From: the human T2T-CHM13v2.0 reference genome, Homo sapiens
NCBI RefSeq assembly: GCF_009914755.1
Contig: NC_060930.1
Reading direction: 5' to 3' (one strand)
Length of the DNA: 64,000 bases
In this document: positions 14,236 through 26,780 of the stretch, piece by piece
How the letters are laid out: each line of letters starts with the position of its first letter
Numbering within the stretch: the first letter of the stretch is position 1
Translations under genes and position numbers: made by a program
The notes under the pieces: generated by a model
What the model saw: only the letters and a program-made list of their open reading frames with translations
The model's database searches: none
Told to the model about the DNA's origin: nothing

Positions 14236-15434
14236 GAAACTGGACCCCTTCCTTACACCATATACAAAAATTAACTCAAGATAGATTAAAGACTTAAATG
14301 TAAAACACAAAAGTATAAGAACCATGGAAAACAATTTAGGCAATAGCATTCAGGACATAGGCACGAGCAGAGCTTTCATGATGAAGATGCCAAAAGCAAC
14401 TACAGCCAAAGCAAAAATTGACAAATGGGATCTAATTAAAGAGTTTATGCACTGCTAAAGAAACTATTGGTAGAGTAAACAGACAACCTACAGAATAGGA
14501 GAAAACTTTTGCAAACTATGAATCTGACAAAGGTCTAATATCCAGCATCTATAAAGACCTTAAACAAATTTACAAGTAAAAAACCAAACATCTCCATTAA
14601 AAAGTGGGCAAAGGACATGAACAGACACTTTTCAAAAGAAGAAATACATGTGGCCAAAATCATATACAAAAAGCTCAACATCACTGATCATTAGAGAAAT
14701 GTAAAGCAAAACTATAATGAGGTACCATCTCACACCAATCAGAATAGCTATTATTTAAAATAACCAAAAAAAAAAATGACAGATGCTGGTAAGGTTGTGG
14801 AGAAAAAGGAACACTTATACACTGTTGATGGGAGTATAAACCATTGTGGAAGACAGTGTGACTTTTCCTTGAAGACCTAAAGTCAGAAATACCATTCGAC
14901 CCAGCAAACCTATTACTGGATATGTACCCAAAGGACTGTGAAGTGTTCTCTTATAAAGACACATGCATGCATATATTTATTGCAGCACTATTCACAGTAG
15001 CAAAGACATGGAATCAACCTAAATGTCCATCAATTATAGACTGGATAAAGAAAATGTGGTACATATACAGTATAAAATACTATGTAGCCATAAAAGTAAT
15101 GAAACCATGTCCTTTGCAGGAACATGGATGGAGCTAGAGGCCATTATCCATAGGAAACTAATGCAGGAACAGAAAACCAAATACAGCATGTTCTCACTTA
15201 TAAGTGGGAGCTAAATGATGAGAACACATGAACACACAGAAAGGAACAACACACACTGGGGCATATTGGAAGGTGGATAGTAAGAGGAGGGAGAGGATCA
15301 GGAAAAATAACTAATGTGTATTAGGCTTAATATATGGATGATGAAATAATCTGTACAACAACCCCCCATGAACAAATTTACCTATGTAACAAACCTGCAC
15401 ATGTACCGCTGAACTTAAAATAAAAGTTAAAAAA
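14236..15434 (+). mobile_element. 5'-truncated LINE-1, older primate L1PA (L1PA12-16-like)
   Basis: ORF2 C-terminal remnants (ORFs 14922-15137 and 15023-15214: [17 protein letters not shown]); 3'UTR 'ggagaggatcaggaaaaataactaatg'; AATAAA and A-tail. Confidence 0.92.
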
Positions 15435-15919
15435 TATATACAGTACATTGTTATTAACTATAGTTACGCTATTCTGCTATTGAGTATTAGAACTTATTAA
15501 GAATAACTTATATCTATTTAAGAGTTTCCTTCTATGCAGACCCAGAATGAGAGTTCCTGCAGTGGCTTTAAACACTTTTCTACTTGAGAATGACTAAAGT
15601 ACTAGGTAGACCTGGATCCCAGTAAAATATATGAGTTCACTATTATGTCCAAATGAAGGAGGAAAAGAGCTGAAATACATAAAGAAAATCCACCTCCTTC
15701 TTTGGAAGAGATATTTGGGCTTTACCAAGAGAATGTCCAAACTACTGAGATTCCTTTCTTCCTCACAAGTTGTTCCTTATTATGAAAGCTTTCTCATTTT
15801 TATCTTCTTAGTTGGGCTCATATGATTTTTTTCTCTTCACTTCATGTTTGCCTTCTCCCTGCTAAATCATTTCCATCATTATAAAAAGCATGATCTATTA
15901 TCTGCTATTTTCTATGTCT

Positions 15920-16460
15920 CTTTTTACTTCACATTTTCTTGTAGCTACTGTGTCATTTCTCTGTCCTCTTTGACAGCAAAACCAATCAAAGCATGTATCT
16001 GTTTTCCCTTATCCGAACAGCCTCAACATTCATCCATTTCTCTCCTCTCCAATTGGACCTCTATGCTCACAGATGCATGGAATTGTTCTTGGAAAGGTAA
16101 CCAATAACCTATAAGTTCACAAATTCAAGAAGTTTTTCTCTCTGTATTCCATATTTCGGCTCATTTTATATATCCATGTCATCCCATTTTTCCCAAACCT
16201 TGGATCCTTTTGGAAGCAGAGTCAACTTTGTAGGAAGATGTATTTGATTAGCACTGAGATGTGCTATGACATAGTGGCTGCCCTGTTGCATCTCACTCCC
16301 ATGCCCCAAACCTACAGACTCTCCATTTATCTAAATCCTATTCCTCCTTCAAGGCTTACTTTCATCTCCACCTCTTCTATGTGATTACCTTTGCTTCAAA
16401 ACTGTGATATTATTCATATGGCTACTTACTTAGCATTTATTATATGCTATCATGCCTAAG
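15920..16460 (+). mobile_element. LINE-2 fragments, highly diverged
   Basis: 'aaggtaaccaataacc', 'ctaaatcctattcctccttcaaggctta...ccacctcttctatg' and 'cttagcattta' are L2-like. Confidence 0.5.
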
Positions 16461-16481
16461 CTGCCTTGGAAGTACATGATG

Positions 16482-16522
<41 letters not shown>

Positions 16523-16562
16523 TATCTATCCTCTATCTATCTTCATCATTATCATCTATCAT
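16482..16562. repeat. (TCTA)n tetranucleotide microsatellite with degenerate tail
   Basis: About 10 perfect TCTA units from 16482, then imperfect units. Confidence 0.95.
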
Positions 16563-17314
16563 CTTCTATCTCTCCACCCACCCACCCTGACAGACGTAAG
16601 TTTCTTTGTACAGAAGTTTTGTTTCTAACCTCTAATGCTTTCATTGCATATGGTTATGGACTTGACCCTGAGCCATATACTGGAAAAAAAAAAACCTTTT
16701 CTTATTGCATCACACACAAAGGTGTCATATTGTTTATAAATTAAGTGACCGAATTTGAATTTATCTGCTTCTGGACTGCGACATTTGTTCTACTCTCAAT
16801 GTGTTTATTCTTGCATAAGACTATTTTGATTCATTGAAGAGAAAGAATAAATATGATTTACTGGTGAGACTGAGGAAAGACAAGTTTTCTTGAATTTAAT
16901 TCACAGTGACAGTCAGATAAAAAGGTCACTTCTCTCATTTAAGAAGAAGGATACGGGAGGAAGGAGAAACACCTTTTTTTTTTTCAGAGGCATTTCTCTT
17001 CTTTATACCTTACAAGTGACCATTTTGTGCCTGACAAGAAGGAAAAAAAAAAAACATATGTATTTCTTGTTGTTTTCTCAAACTGAGACTCCACAGTGCT
17101 ATTCTATAAATTAGAACTTGAGAATAGACTTAGTGAAAATTAACTGTGGACTGTAAGTTTCCCTCTAACAGGGAGAGAAGAGTGTGGTTTTGTATTGCCT
17201 TATTATTCCAAGAACTCTGAAAATATTAGAGGAATTTTCCTACACATCTTTATAATACAGCTAAAGGAAGTGATAGAAAGAGAAAGAAAAGTAAGTTTAT
17301 GGATGTCTCAACCT

Positions 17315-17432
17315 GCAGGTTATTACACCAAGTGTTCCACACATGTTATTTTAAATTTTACAACAACATTGACTAATAGGTAATATTATATCAATTTTCC
17401 ACATGAAATAACTGAGGTGCAGAAAAATTGAC
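17315..17432 (-). mobile_element. MIR, first half (continues at about 20635-20730)
   Basis: 'aggtaatattata..attttccacatgaaataactgaggtgcaga' MIR core; resumes as 'aagttacacaaaaatagtaagttg' after the L1. Confidence 0.6.
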
Positions 17433-18257
17433 AGGCTTCTGATTCCAGGACAAGATTTCATAGATCCACTTTTCTCTCCTACTTCCCTCTAAATACAACT
17501 AAATTATTAGTAAACAATTCAACAGAAATAATAAAAGGACTCGAAGATACGAAAGGGGAAGGCAGACTGCCTAGTGATCCCAAGATTTAAGAAATGACAC
17601 CACAGTGATGTTCTTGAGCTTTTTAAAATTTTCCAAATATTTCCAAGAGAGGCCTGTAACCCAGAACTGACCACAGGCATAGGCATAACAAAGAAACAAA
17701 CAAAAAATAAAATAAGAAAAGCCTATTTTCTTAGCCAAATGACTAGAAAAGGAGAAACTAAGCAGAGACCTTGCCAGGAGCTTCCAACTTCAGACCAAAA
17801 CTCGGTACCATATGCAAAGTGGATATGCTGGTATTTGCAGGGTGCCTGACATCTCCTAGGCCTCTAATCAGTGGCAGAAGTTATCCAGGCCAACCAAATT
17901 TCCTGAACTTCTAATATGTAGCCCAAGTAGCACGTGAAGGAACTGAGAAGCAGCCTCAGAGTCAACATAATAATGAACACCAGAAGAGCATTGCAAGGAA
18001 TCGAAAACTAAGTTGTCATTGAAGTTACAGCTTTAGCAGTAGGTCAGTACCTACACACTAAACCTAAACAAGATGACTGCCTGCTAAAACACACATCATC
18101 CTCAGAACTAGGAAAAACAACTTGAAAAACATCAATTGACAAACACTAAAATGAAGTAGATATTGAAATTATCTGACAAAAACTTTAAGACAGCCATAGT
18201 AAAAATGCTTCAACAATTGTGAATTATCTTAAAACAATTGAAAAATAAAATAGGAAG

Positions 18258-18290
<33 letters not shown>

Positions 18291-20634
18291 AGACGGAGTC
18301 TCGCTCTGTCGCCCAGGCTGGAGGTGCAGTGGCGTGATCTCGGCTCAATGCAAGCTCCGCCTCCTGGGTTCATGCCATTCTCCTGCTTCAGCCTCCCCAG
18401 TAGCTGGGACTACAGGTGCCCGCCACCACACCCGGCTAATTTTTTGTATTTTTAGTAGAGACGGGATTTCACCGTGTTATCCAGGATGGTCTTGATCTCC
18501 TGACCTCGTGATCCGCCTGCCTTGGCCTCCCAAAAGTGCTGGGATTACAGGCATGAGCCACTGCACCTGGCCAAAAATAGGAAGTCTTAACAAAGACATT
18601 GAATTTATTTAAAAAAATACAAACAGAAATTATAGAAGTTAAAAAATACAATAACCAAAATAAAAAACTCATTGGATGGGCTCAGAGGAAAGTGAGATGA
18701 CAAAGGATTGAAACAGTGAACTTGGAAGAGAGCAATAGGGTTTACTCAAACTGAACAACAGAAATAAAATATGCTGAAAATGAATGAACACAGACTCGAG
18801 GCTTATAGACCAAAACAAAAGATTCAACATTCATATCATCAAAGTTATAGAACAAGAGGACAAAGAATGTGGGGCTAAATGATACTTAAAAAAAAAAGGC
18901 TGAAAACTTCCCAAATTTGATAAAAACTATTAACCTGTAAATTCACAATCTGAGCAAATCCAAATACAATAAACCAAAAAAACTTATGCCAAAACACTTT
19001 ATAGTCAAATTTCTAAAAATGAATGACAAAGTAAAACACAGCCAAAGAGAAATGATACATTACCTATTGAGCAACATAAATTCAAATGATAGTACATTTC
19101 TCATCTAAAATCATGGGGACCAGAACAAAGGAGTACATTTTTCAAATGCTGAAAGAGAACTGTCAGCTATTAACTCTGTATCATGTGAAAATATCCTTTA
19201 AAAATGAAAAAGAAATCAAAATATTCTCAGATTAATAAAACAAAGAGAATTTTTCTTACCAGGTCTATTCTTAAAGAATGGCCAAAGTAAGCGTCCAGAA
19301 ACAAACAAACAAAAAAATAGTAATCATAACCGAAGAAGCCTTGGAACTTTGAAAAAGAAAGGGCAAAATGGGCAAAAATAGCAGTAAATACAATAGATTA
19401 ATCTTTAACTCATAAGTTTCCTTAATATTTGATGGTTGAAGCAAAAATTATAATACCTGTTGATGTGGTGCTCAATGTATGAAGAAGAAATACTTCTTTT
19501 TGTAGGTGAGGAAGGACCTAAATGGAAGTAAAATTTTAATATTCATTTAAAGTGGTAAAATGTCAACATCGATGAACTGTGAAAAGTTACATATGTCATA
19601 TATATATATACAGTAATACCTAGAAGAATCACTAAGAAAATTGTACAGAATAACATACTCAAATACACTATAAATAATTCTAAATGAAACTCTTAACCAT
19701 ATTCAAATAATTTCTAAAAAGTCAGGAAAAGAGTAACTTAGAAATGAGAACAAAACAAACAGCAAACAAGAAATAAAATGTCAGAGACCTATCATATCCA
19801 TAATTACTTTGACCATAAATAGTCTAAATACACAGGTTAAAATACAGAAATTGGCCTAGTGAATTAACAAAAGAAAGAATACACTAAGATGCACAGCCTC
19901 ATTATACATTGTCTAGAAGAAACTCACTTCAAATAAAATGATATAAGAAGATTGAATATAAAAGGACAGATAAATACATATCACACAAACATTAACTTGT
20001 TTAAAAATCAAGAATAGTTATATTAATACCATACAAAGTATATTATAAAGCAAAATAAATTAGTAGAAACAGAGTGATACAACATAATGAAAAGATCAAG
20101 TTGCAAAGTAAATACAGCCATTCTGAATATGCATGCACCAAACAACAAGGTTTCTAAACATATGAAGCAAAATCTGAGAAGCTAAAAGAAGTACACAAAT
20201 CTATAATTGTAGTTAGGCATTTAAAAACCCCACTCTGAGTAACTGGTAGAACTACAAGAGAGAAAATAAGCAATTATATAAAACTAAACAACACTATCAA
20301 CCAACAGAATCTGTTCAGTTTTATCACGTGTAACTCTGATGATGATATAATTTTACATTGTGATTATGAAAATAGTCATACAGAGTTACACATGTGATAA
20401 AATTGAACAGAATTGCACACACATACATACACACACACATAAGTGAGTGCATGAATAACCAGAGAAGCCTGAATAAGTTCTGTGAGTTGTACCAATGTCA
20501 ATTTCCAGGTATTAATACTGTATTATAGTTAAGCATGATATTAATACTGGGAAGGCTAGATAAATAGTTCATGGGATCCCCCTATATATTTATTTGAAAC
20601 TACATGTAAATATGTAATTATTTCAAAATAAAAC
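17433..20634 (+). mobile_element. Old LINE-1 (L1MD-like 3' end) with 5' region, ORF1, ORF2 endonuclease start and 3'UTR; most of ORF2 missing
   Basis: ORF1-like sequence at about 18590-19330; ORF2 start near 19778 ('ataattactttgaccataaatagtctaaatacac', a decayed ITLNVNGLN); 3'UTR 20330-20634 ('acacatgtgataaaattg', 'ttgtaccaatgtcaatttcc'). Confidence 0.75.
18260..18572 (-). mobile_element. AluY
   Basis: AluY diagnostics 'gcaagctccgcctcc', 'gccattctcctg', 'ccaggatggtc', 'gacctcgtgatcc'; T30 tail; 15-bp TSD aaaataggaagtctt (18247-18261 / 18574-18588). Confidence 0.96.
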
Positions 20635-22719
20635 TTTATTTAAGTTACACAAAAATAGTAAGTTGCGAAATATATGCAGAATGATGCCCAAATCCAAATA
20701 TAACCTCCTGCCTCTCCAGGTTGTACTCACTGTTCTTATTCCTTAAAAACAAATTGAAGTATCTGGAAGGCTCATTAGTCTTTTTCTCAATGAAAATCTG
20801 AATAATTATTCAAATGTCTATATAACATAGGGAGGGAAAAGTTGTAACAGTAACTTTTCATCATTTACACAAATATATTTTACAAAGACATCTCAATTCT
20901 CTACCACTCTTTGCCAGTGAAGACATTTATGAAATTCCGATCCATTGACAATTTAAAATTTCTAAAGGAAGTCACAGTAATTTAATACACTGAAAATGTA
21001 ATAAAATCTCCTTACAGATACTATATCATGGAAATTATCAAAACAAGCTGAGCTTTCGTTTTTAGAGTCTAGAGCAAAGTGCAACTTTTAGATCTCATGA
21101 AAGAAACAGAGCTTATTTTAATTCTTGTAGGGTCATGTCTAGCTTTAGCCACAAGCTAAATAGAAAACATGTTTACATACCTTATTGCAAAAATAAATAA
21201 GATAATACCATAACTTTCCATAGCTTCCATATCTCTCTAGTCATCTTTCACTCATAAAATGGGATTTATTTAAGTAAGGAGTCATTTTGCTGATAATTTT
21301 ATTCAATATGCTTTTTTTCTAACACAAAGATTTGGTGACAACATATTCAGCCTTTCTTAGTTTATGTTTTTAATTTTATTAAATCAATTGCTTAGGGATC
21401 AAGTCCGCTCATAAAAAAATAGAAAAAAAAAAGCCTCAAACACTCCACAAGAATAGATGTTGAGCCAAAATCTCTGTAACTTAATCCATCCAACAGTCCA
21501 GAAATGTACACAGAAAGATGAATGCTGTTGTATGATCTATATTTTTAAAATGTTGATTTGAAGTTACAAATTTTCCTTTTTCTGCAATATGTATTCATTT
21601 TCCACTCAGACTAAACAGAATTCCACAATTTCATAAATTATCAAGCCATTTAGGATGCATAATTAATTGGATTGTACTGTGCCATATTTATGAGGGTTAT
21701 TCATGCACAGTATGAGATAATCATAAATTATTTTGTTAACAAAACCTCTTGAGAGAGTTTTTAAAGAGTATTCCCTTGAGTAACTTCCCTCGGTGTGACT
21801 GCTGTCTTATTTTTTTTTGTTGGTTAAATCAGGAATGAGCCATTTATTACTTTATGATTTTAAGTCTAGTCTGAAAAATGCTGAAGTAATCTGCAGAGGA
21901 GGTGCAAAACAACATTGATATTTAAAATCTTCAAATGTTAGAAATAATTTGAAGAAAAAGACAAAGTGCTATTTGTAGATTTGATGCCTACATTTATATT
22001 TAAATGTATCTATGAGTTCCAATTCTCCATTTCTTGAAACAAAATTTGTAAAAACTCTGAGGTTTTTATAATTTTTGGAGCAACTTTTAAAAAGCATAAT
22101 TCTAAGCAGAGTTCATGACCATAAATATGAGAAGGGAAAGGAAAGTGTTTTCTAAAAAAAATAGAAGGCCAAACACATCAAATGATATTTAATTGGGACT
22201 GGAAATATTCCAAGTTTGATTTTCAAAAAAAAAAAAAGCTTTCATTACAATAGTTCATGTTGGGCTCATGTTGAGCCTGCCAAAAATTCGAGCTAGATCA
22301 GAGCCTTTTTTGAAATAAACACAAGCTTAATCTGATGTAGATATTTCAAAACTCCCACTGCTTTAGTTATAACATCATCTGTTACTGAATGATTTATAAA
22401 TCACCCTCTATAGACAAATTTCTGCAAGATGGAGGGTGAGATATTTTAACCTGAGGACATAAGGACACGTCTAACTCATACATTAAAGCCACATTTAGAA
22501 CAACTCTTCTTGGGAATAAACAAACAAGCTTTTTCTGTCCATGCTTTTTTAAGACAGTGATTGTATCTGAAAATTCACAGTACCTAAAATGTTACTCTTT
22601 TGTTCCCCAGTGATTAGTCAATAAATGCTCACTGCTGTCATTATTCAGTGCCACTAGAGGACTATTCCTGAGAGCCTGCTGCATGCCAGGATCTCAACTG
22701 TGTGTTTTCAAATAGCAAC

Positions 22720-22956
22720 TAAGATTCTGAGCTCTTGAGTCTGACTATGGGGCTTGACTTCCAGCTTCCTGATCCATTGCTGTGGATCTTGAGCCAGTTA
22801 CCTAACCTGTATGTGCCTTACCTATCTCCCTGTGAAAATGGACGAAATATACTAATGCCTGTCTCTTAGAATTGCTGTGAAGAAATGAGTTAATGCATGT
22901 GACTCCCTTACAACAGTGCCTGGCATGAAAGCATTTATTAGATATTAGTTATTATC
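22720..22956 (+). mobile_element. MIR, near full length, apparently nested in an opposite-strand MIR
   Basis: 'cttgagccagttacctaacc', 'ctgtgaaaatgg', 'aacagtgcctggca'; flanks near 22660-22715 and 22965-23040 look like reverse-strand MIR. Confidence 0.75.
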
Positions 22957-23922
22957 ATTTTTCAATTATTTTACCAATTTTACAGAGGATAAACTTGAAG
23001 TAAATTAACTTTCCTAAGGTTTCGTGATAGATATGCGAATACTGACTTATTTGTTAACAATAAATTTTGTGCCTAATAACCTGTATTACTTCTTTGCAAT
23101 ATTACTCACTACTTTATGAGGACAGATAATAATTTCAAAAGTTAAGAGTTTCCATTGCAGGATGCTTTGGTATACGTCTTTAAGTTAAATTTGTACCTTA
23201 GCATATCCAGAAAAAAAGCAGTTGTACTTAAGAATATTAGTAGGAGAGAGAACATAATAATTTATATAAATTTTCAAGAAATCACTGAAAATGGACACTA
23301 ATTTGCAAACTCCAGTGGTATTTATAGGAGCAGATATATCTATCCCCTGACCTTGTGGAAATACCTGTGTAATTTCAGTACATTCAGAAGAAAAGTCGTT
23401 GGAGGGTAGTTAAGGCAATTGGCAACAAAAAGTGAAGACTTCTTACAAATATTCAATTTTTAAATTGAGAGTTTTACATTCAAAAACAAAAAGCTAATGG
23501 TGTTCAATTGTAGGGAGATCGTTTTTACAATAACAAGTCTGGGATAGACTCTCTGGTTCGAGTCTTTATTCTATCTGTATAAGTTGGGATAAGAATGTAA
23601 CTAAGCCATGCATGCTACCTACCAGGTAGATTGCTGTAAAACTTAAGTAGGCAATGCTTATAAAGCATTAATCACAGCACCTAGAATATTTATAAGCACT
23701 CAATAAAAATCCACTGCTACTGGCAGTGGTGTTGATGGTATTGCCACTTCCTACAGCAAGCAAAATCGTTTTGTCTGACTGCCCCTCTGCCTAAGTCTAT
23801 TACAAACAGATGCATAAAAAATAGGGACTTCCATGGGTAATCAGAATTGATACATTCTTTATAACAGTACATGGGTAGGATTACAAAAGAAATTCTCTAC
23901 TGAAACAAGAGGAACTGGCTAC

Positions 23923-24104
23923 CTCATAAAGCAAGCTATTTTCCTCTGCTTTATGGTTTAGCCCAGGGAACTTGAGCCCCTAGGTCTATTGTGGTTTCAG
24001 ATCCATCCTGTAGCATCTGAGCAAGTGCTGCAGGGAGAAGGAGGATCAGCAGCCGTTGTGTAACCCTCCAGGGATTTTGTGATATCAGTGCACGTAAGAG
24101 AGCC
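23923..24104 (-). other. Candidate exon of an unidentified minus-strand transcript
   Basis: Acceptor ccctgtttgtttctacag|G at 24105/24104; possible donor GAG|gtagcc at 23923/23922; one frame open for 50 codons to TAA (23953-23951). Splice signals only, no expression evidence. Confidence 0.3.
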
Positions 24105-26689
24105 CTGTAGAAACAAACAGGGTAAATGTCCCAAGACAAAATTTGAGAAGTCTTAAGATGAGAATGCAGAACAATTATTTATTTTCTTGTTGGTAGCAAT
24201 TATTCTGTGTGATAATGGACTCAAATCTAATAATTATTATTAAGCAATTATATAGCCCTTTATTTTTGCAAAGTGCTTTACAATAATTTTTATTAGATAG
24301 TCATCACAATAACCCTGTGAAAGAGGTCATAATATATTCAAGGAGAAGAAGATAAAGCTATTTTTTCTGAAATAGCTTACAATAAAATGTTCTAATTTTC
24401 CTAATTCTAAATACAAAAGTTTTATGTTGTGATTTGTTTGGCCATCTAGCACACGACCTGGTTTAATAATGTGCAATTTGGAATCACCCGGCCTGTTAAC
24501 TGCCTGATGCAATTGCTGAGAAAGTCCTATATCCTCAAGGGCAATACAAATAATCATAAAGATTAAAAATGTGAGGAGCAGACAATAGCAGGACAGAAAT
24601 TCAAGAAAAGGAAAGGTTAATGGAACTTTATAAATTATTTAATCAGAACAATAAAAATTAATATTTGCTTTGTTTTACAATCCCCCAAACACTGTTAACC
24701 AATGTATTTAATAATCAATGCTTTATCACAATTAACTAAGTAAGAATTTAAAAACACTTTTTTAATAGACACAGAAATGGAGTTCAAAGAGGTGAATAAC
24801 TGGCTGAAGGTCATACAACTAATAGTCAGTAAAGTTGGTCGTTTACAATGTCTTTCTAATCTCAACCGACCTAGCTCTAGTCAACCTAATGGTTTATTTT
24901 AAGTTGTGTGACCAATTTACCTACTAACGCTAACAGGCTGCAAAGAAGAGTAGAAGTTACCCTTTTGCAAAATTGTCAGTGTAGGCTAGCTTATTGCATA
25001 AATCATCTCCTCCCAAATAGTGTATCACTTCAATTTGTAGAAATGTGCATTCATGCTGCCTTTGGACAGCTCCACGGAGAATGAGAAGTGATGGTATTTT
25101 GGAGTCCTGTCACACTGTCACTGGTAGTCAGGGTGATTGTTTGCAGTACCAGTGCCATGGTATATTTATTCGAACAGTGGTCAGAATTATACAGAAATCC
25201 ATGGCCAAGAAGGGTATTACCTTCTGATGCCATCTAGCACTATTCAAAGGATGCTAACATTACAATAAACTTGCGGCCAAGCACCTGTTATCCTCTGAAA
25301 ATTCAATCTGTTGCTCTCCAGAACACTAAGGAGAGTGGTATTGTAAGAGGATAGGGAAGCCGAATCAAAAGAAGGGTTTAGTTCCAGTAGCCTAGAGCAA
25401 AAGTTTGGGCTTCTTTCTGAGAAAATATACTACTGGCTGCAGCAGGTAGGAGTTCTTGGCCTTCTTTAACTTATGAAGCACTGCAGGCCAACAATGTGTA
25501 CACATGGGAGACTTATCTAGACAGTGCTGTGAACAGATGTACTCCAGACAGCAGCAAATAGGTGTGAAATAAAGAGAAGAAAAAGAGGGGAGTTCTATTT
25601 GTACCTATAGGGAGGAAAAATTCTGTACCCAGCAGTTAAGAGCCAAATCAGACCCAAAGGAGGCACTGCAACAGAAGAAGTTAAAGAACTGGGGCCAGCA
25701 GAGAGCTCAGAGGAAAATGCTGGGCTTCTGCCTCTCCCATTTGTGTTAAATGTAGGATTACTCTTTTACGTTCTCGTCATTCTCTACTGCTGCTGTCTTT
25801 CAACCCAAGTGTGCTTGCTGCTGTCAGTCTGCAAGGACATGATCTGATTAAAACATCCTGTGGAAGTAGTGACATAGATTTCTGAGGAAATCTTTTGGAA
25901 GCTTAAAAATTAAAATATTATGGCTCTATTGGAAGTAGAAATCTCCAACATGAAGTTTCAAATGTGAGCTTCTTTTAGGTCATGAAACATGACTCGGACT
26001 TTCCCATGCCAGGTAGTGTGAGGCAGGTACTTAACGTCGACTTAACTGAGGCTTAAACATGGACTCCAGGAGGCAGCAATGCTAATAAAAGTTGCCAGAA
26101 GTACTGCCTTTGAAAGGTTTTCCAGAATACTTTTTAAAATAGATGTTAAAACAATAATCCAATAGTAGATCTTCTTGAATAATGAAAGCCTGAATTCTCT
26201 CATGTTGTACAGAAGTATTTACTTTATACAGAGATATTTATTTTCTATAAGAGTAATTGTATAAGCAACCAAGAAAGTGGAGTTGTCTAGAAATAAATAT
26301 GGAAAATTAAATTATGTAGAAATAAATTTATCCCATCTTCCTTGGACAGCATCTAACCATTCATATTATACATATTATCTCACCCCATATAAGGCTGTGG
26401 AGCCAGGTAATAAATGGGGAAATGAAGGTTTGTTTGTTTTCCTTTAAGAGAAATAAAACAAAGTGCACATACAAAAAATTACCTTAGGGAAATTTAGTTA
26501 GAAAACATATTTAATATTATTTTCTGAATGGTTACTAAAAGTATTTTACAGTGCTTTTTCTGAAAAACAAAACAAAACACTGTTTTTCTATATTACAATG
26601 TGCTAATACTAATGATGATTAAAGAGAAATAATGGTATAAAATAATTACCATGACTATGTAAAGTAGATTTGCCTAAGGGCAGATTCAC

Positions 26690-26780
26690 CTTCCAGGAGG
26701 CCCTCTTTTCCTCCCTAGACTGTCAGTTTTTCCAACTTCTCCATTAAGGGCTTTGTCCATCTTTGTGGGGGAGATTTGGC
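26690..26780 (-). other. Candidate 91-nt exon with a strong-Kozak ATG
   Basis: Branch-point-like gactaac (26823-26817), AG-free pyrimidine tract, cccag|G acceptor, acaaagATGg at 26760, donor AAG|gtgaat at 26690/26689. Confidence 0.35.

Larger units (their letters stand above)
13993..15498 (-). mobile_element. L1MA-type 3' end split by MADE1 and an L1PA insertion (pieces 13993-14047, 14123-14238, 15434-15498)
   Basis: 'tttttattgatacataata', 'acatgcatagaatgtgtaatgatcaagt' and 'tagctattttgaa' resume after the L1PA as 'atatacagtacattgttattaactatagt'. Confidence 0.8.

Noticed and set aside
24001-24093. Plus-strand 93-nt exon-like segment (tttcag|...CAC|gtaaga)
   Set aside because: All three frames contain stops, so it is not a coding exon; non-coding use cannot be judged from sequence.
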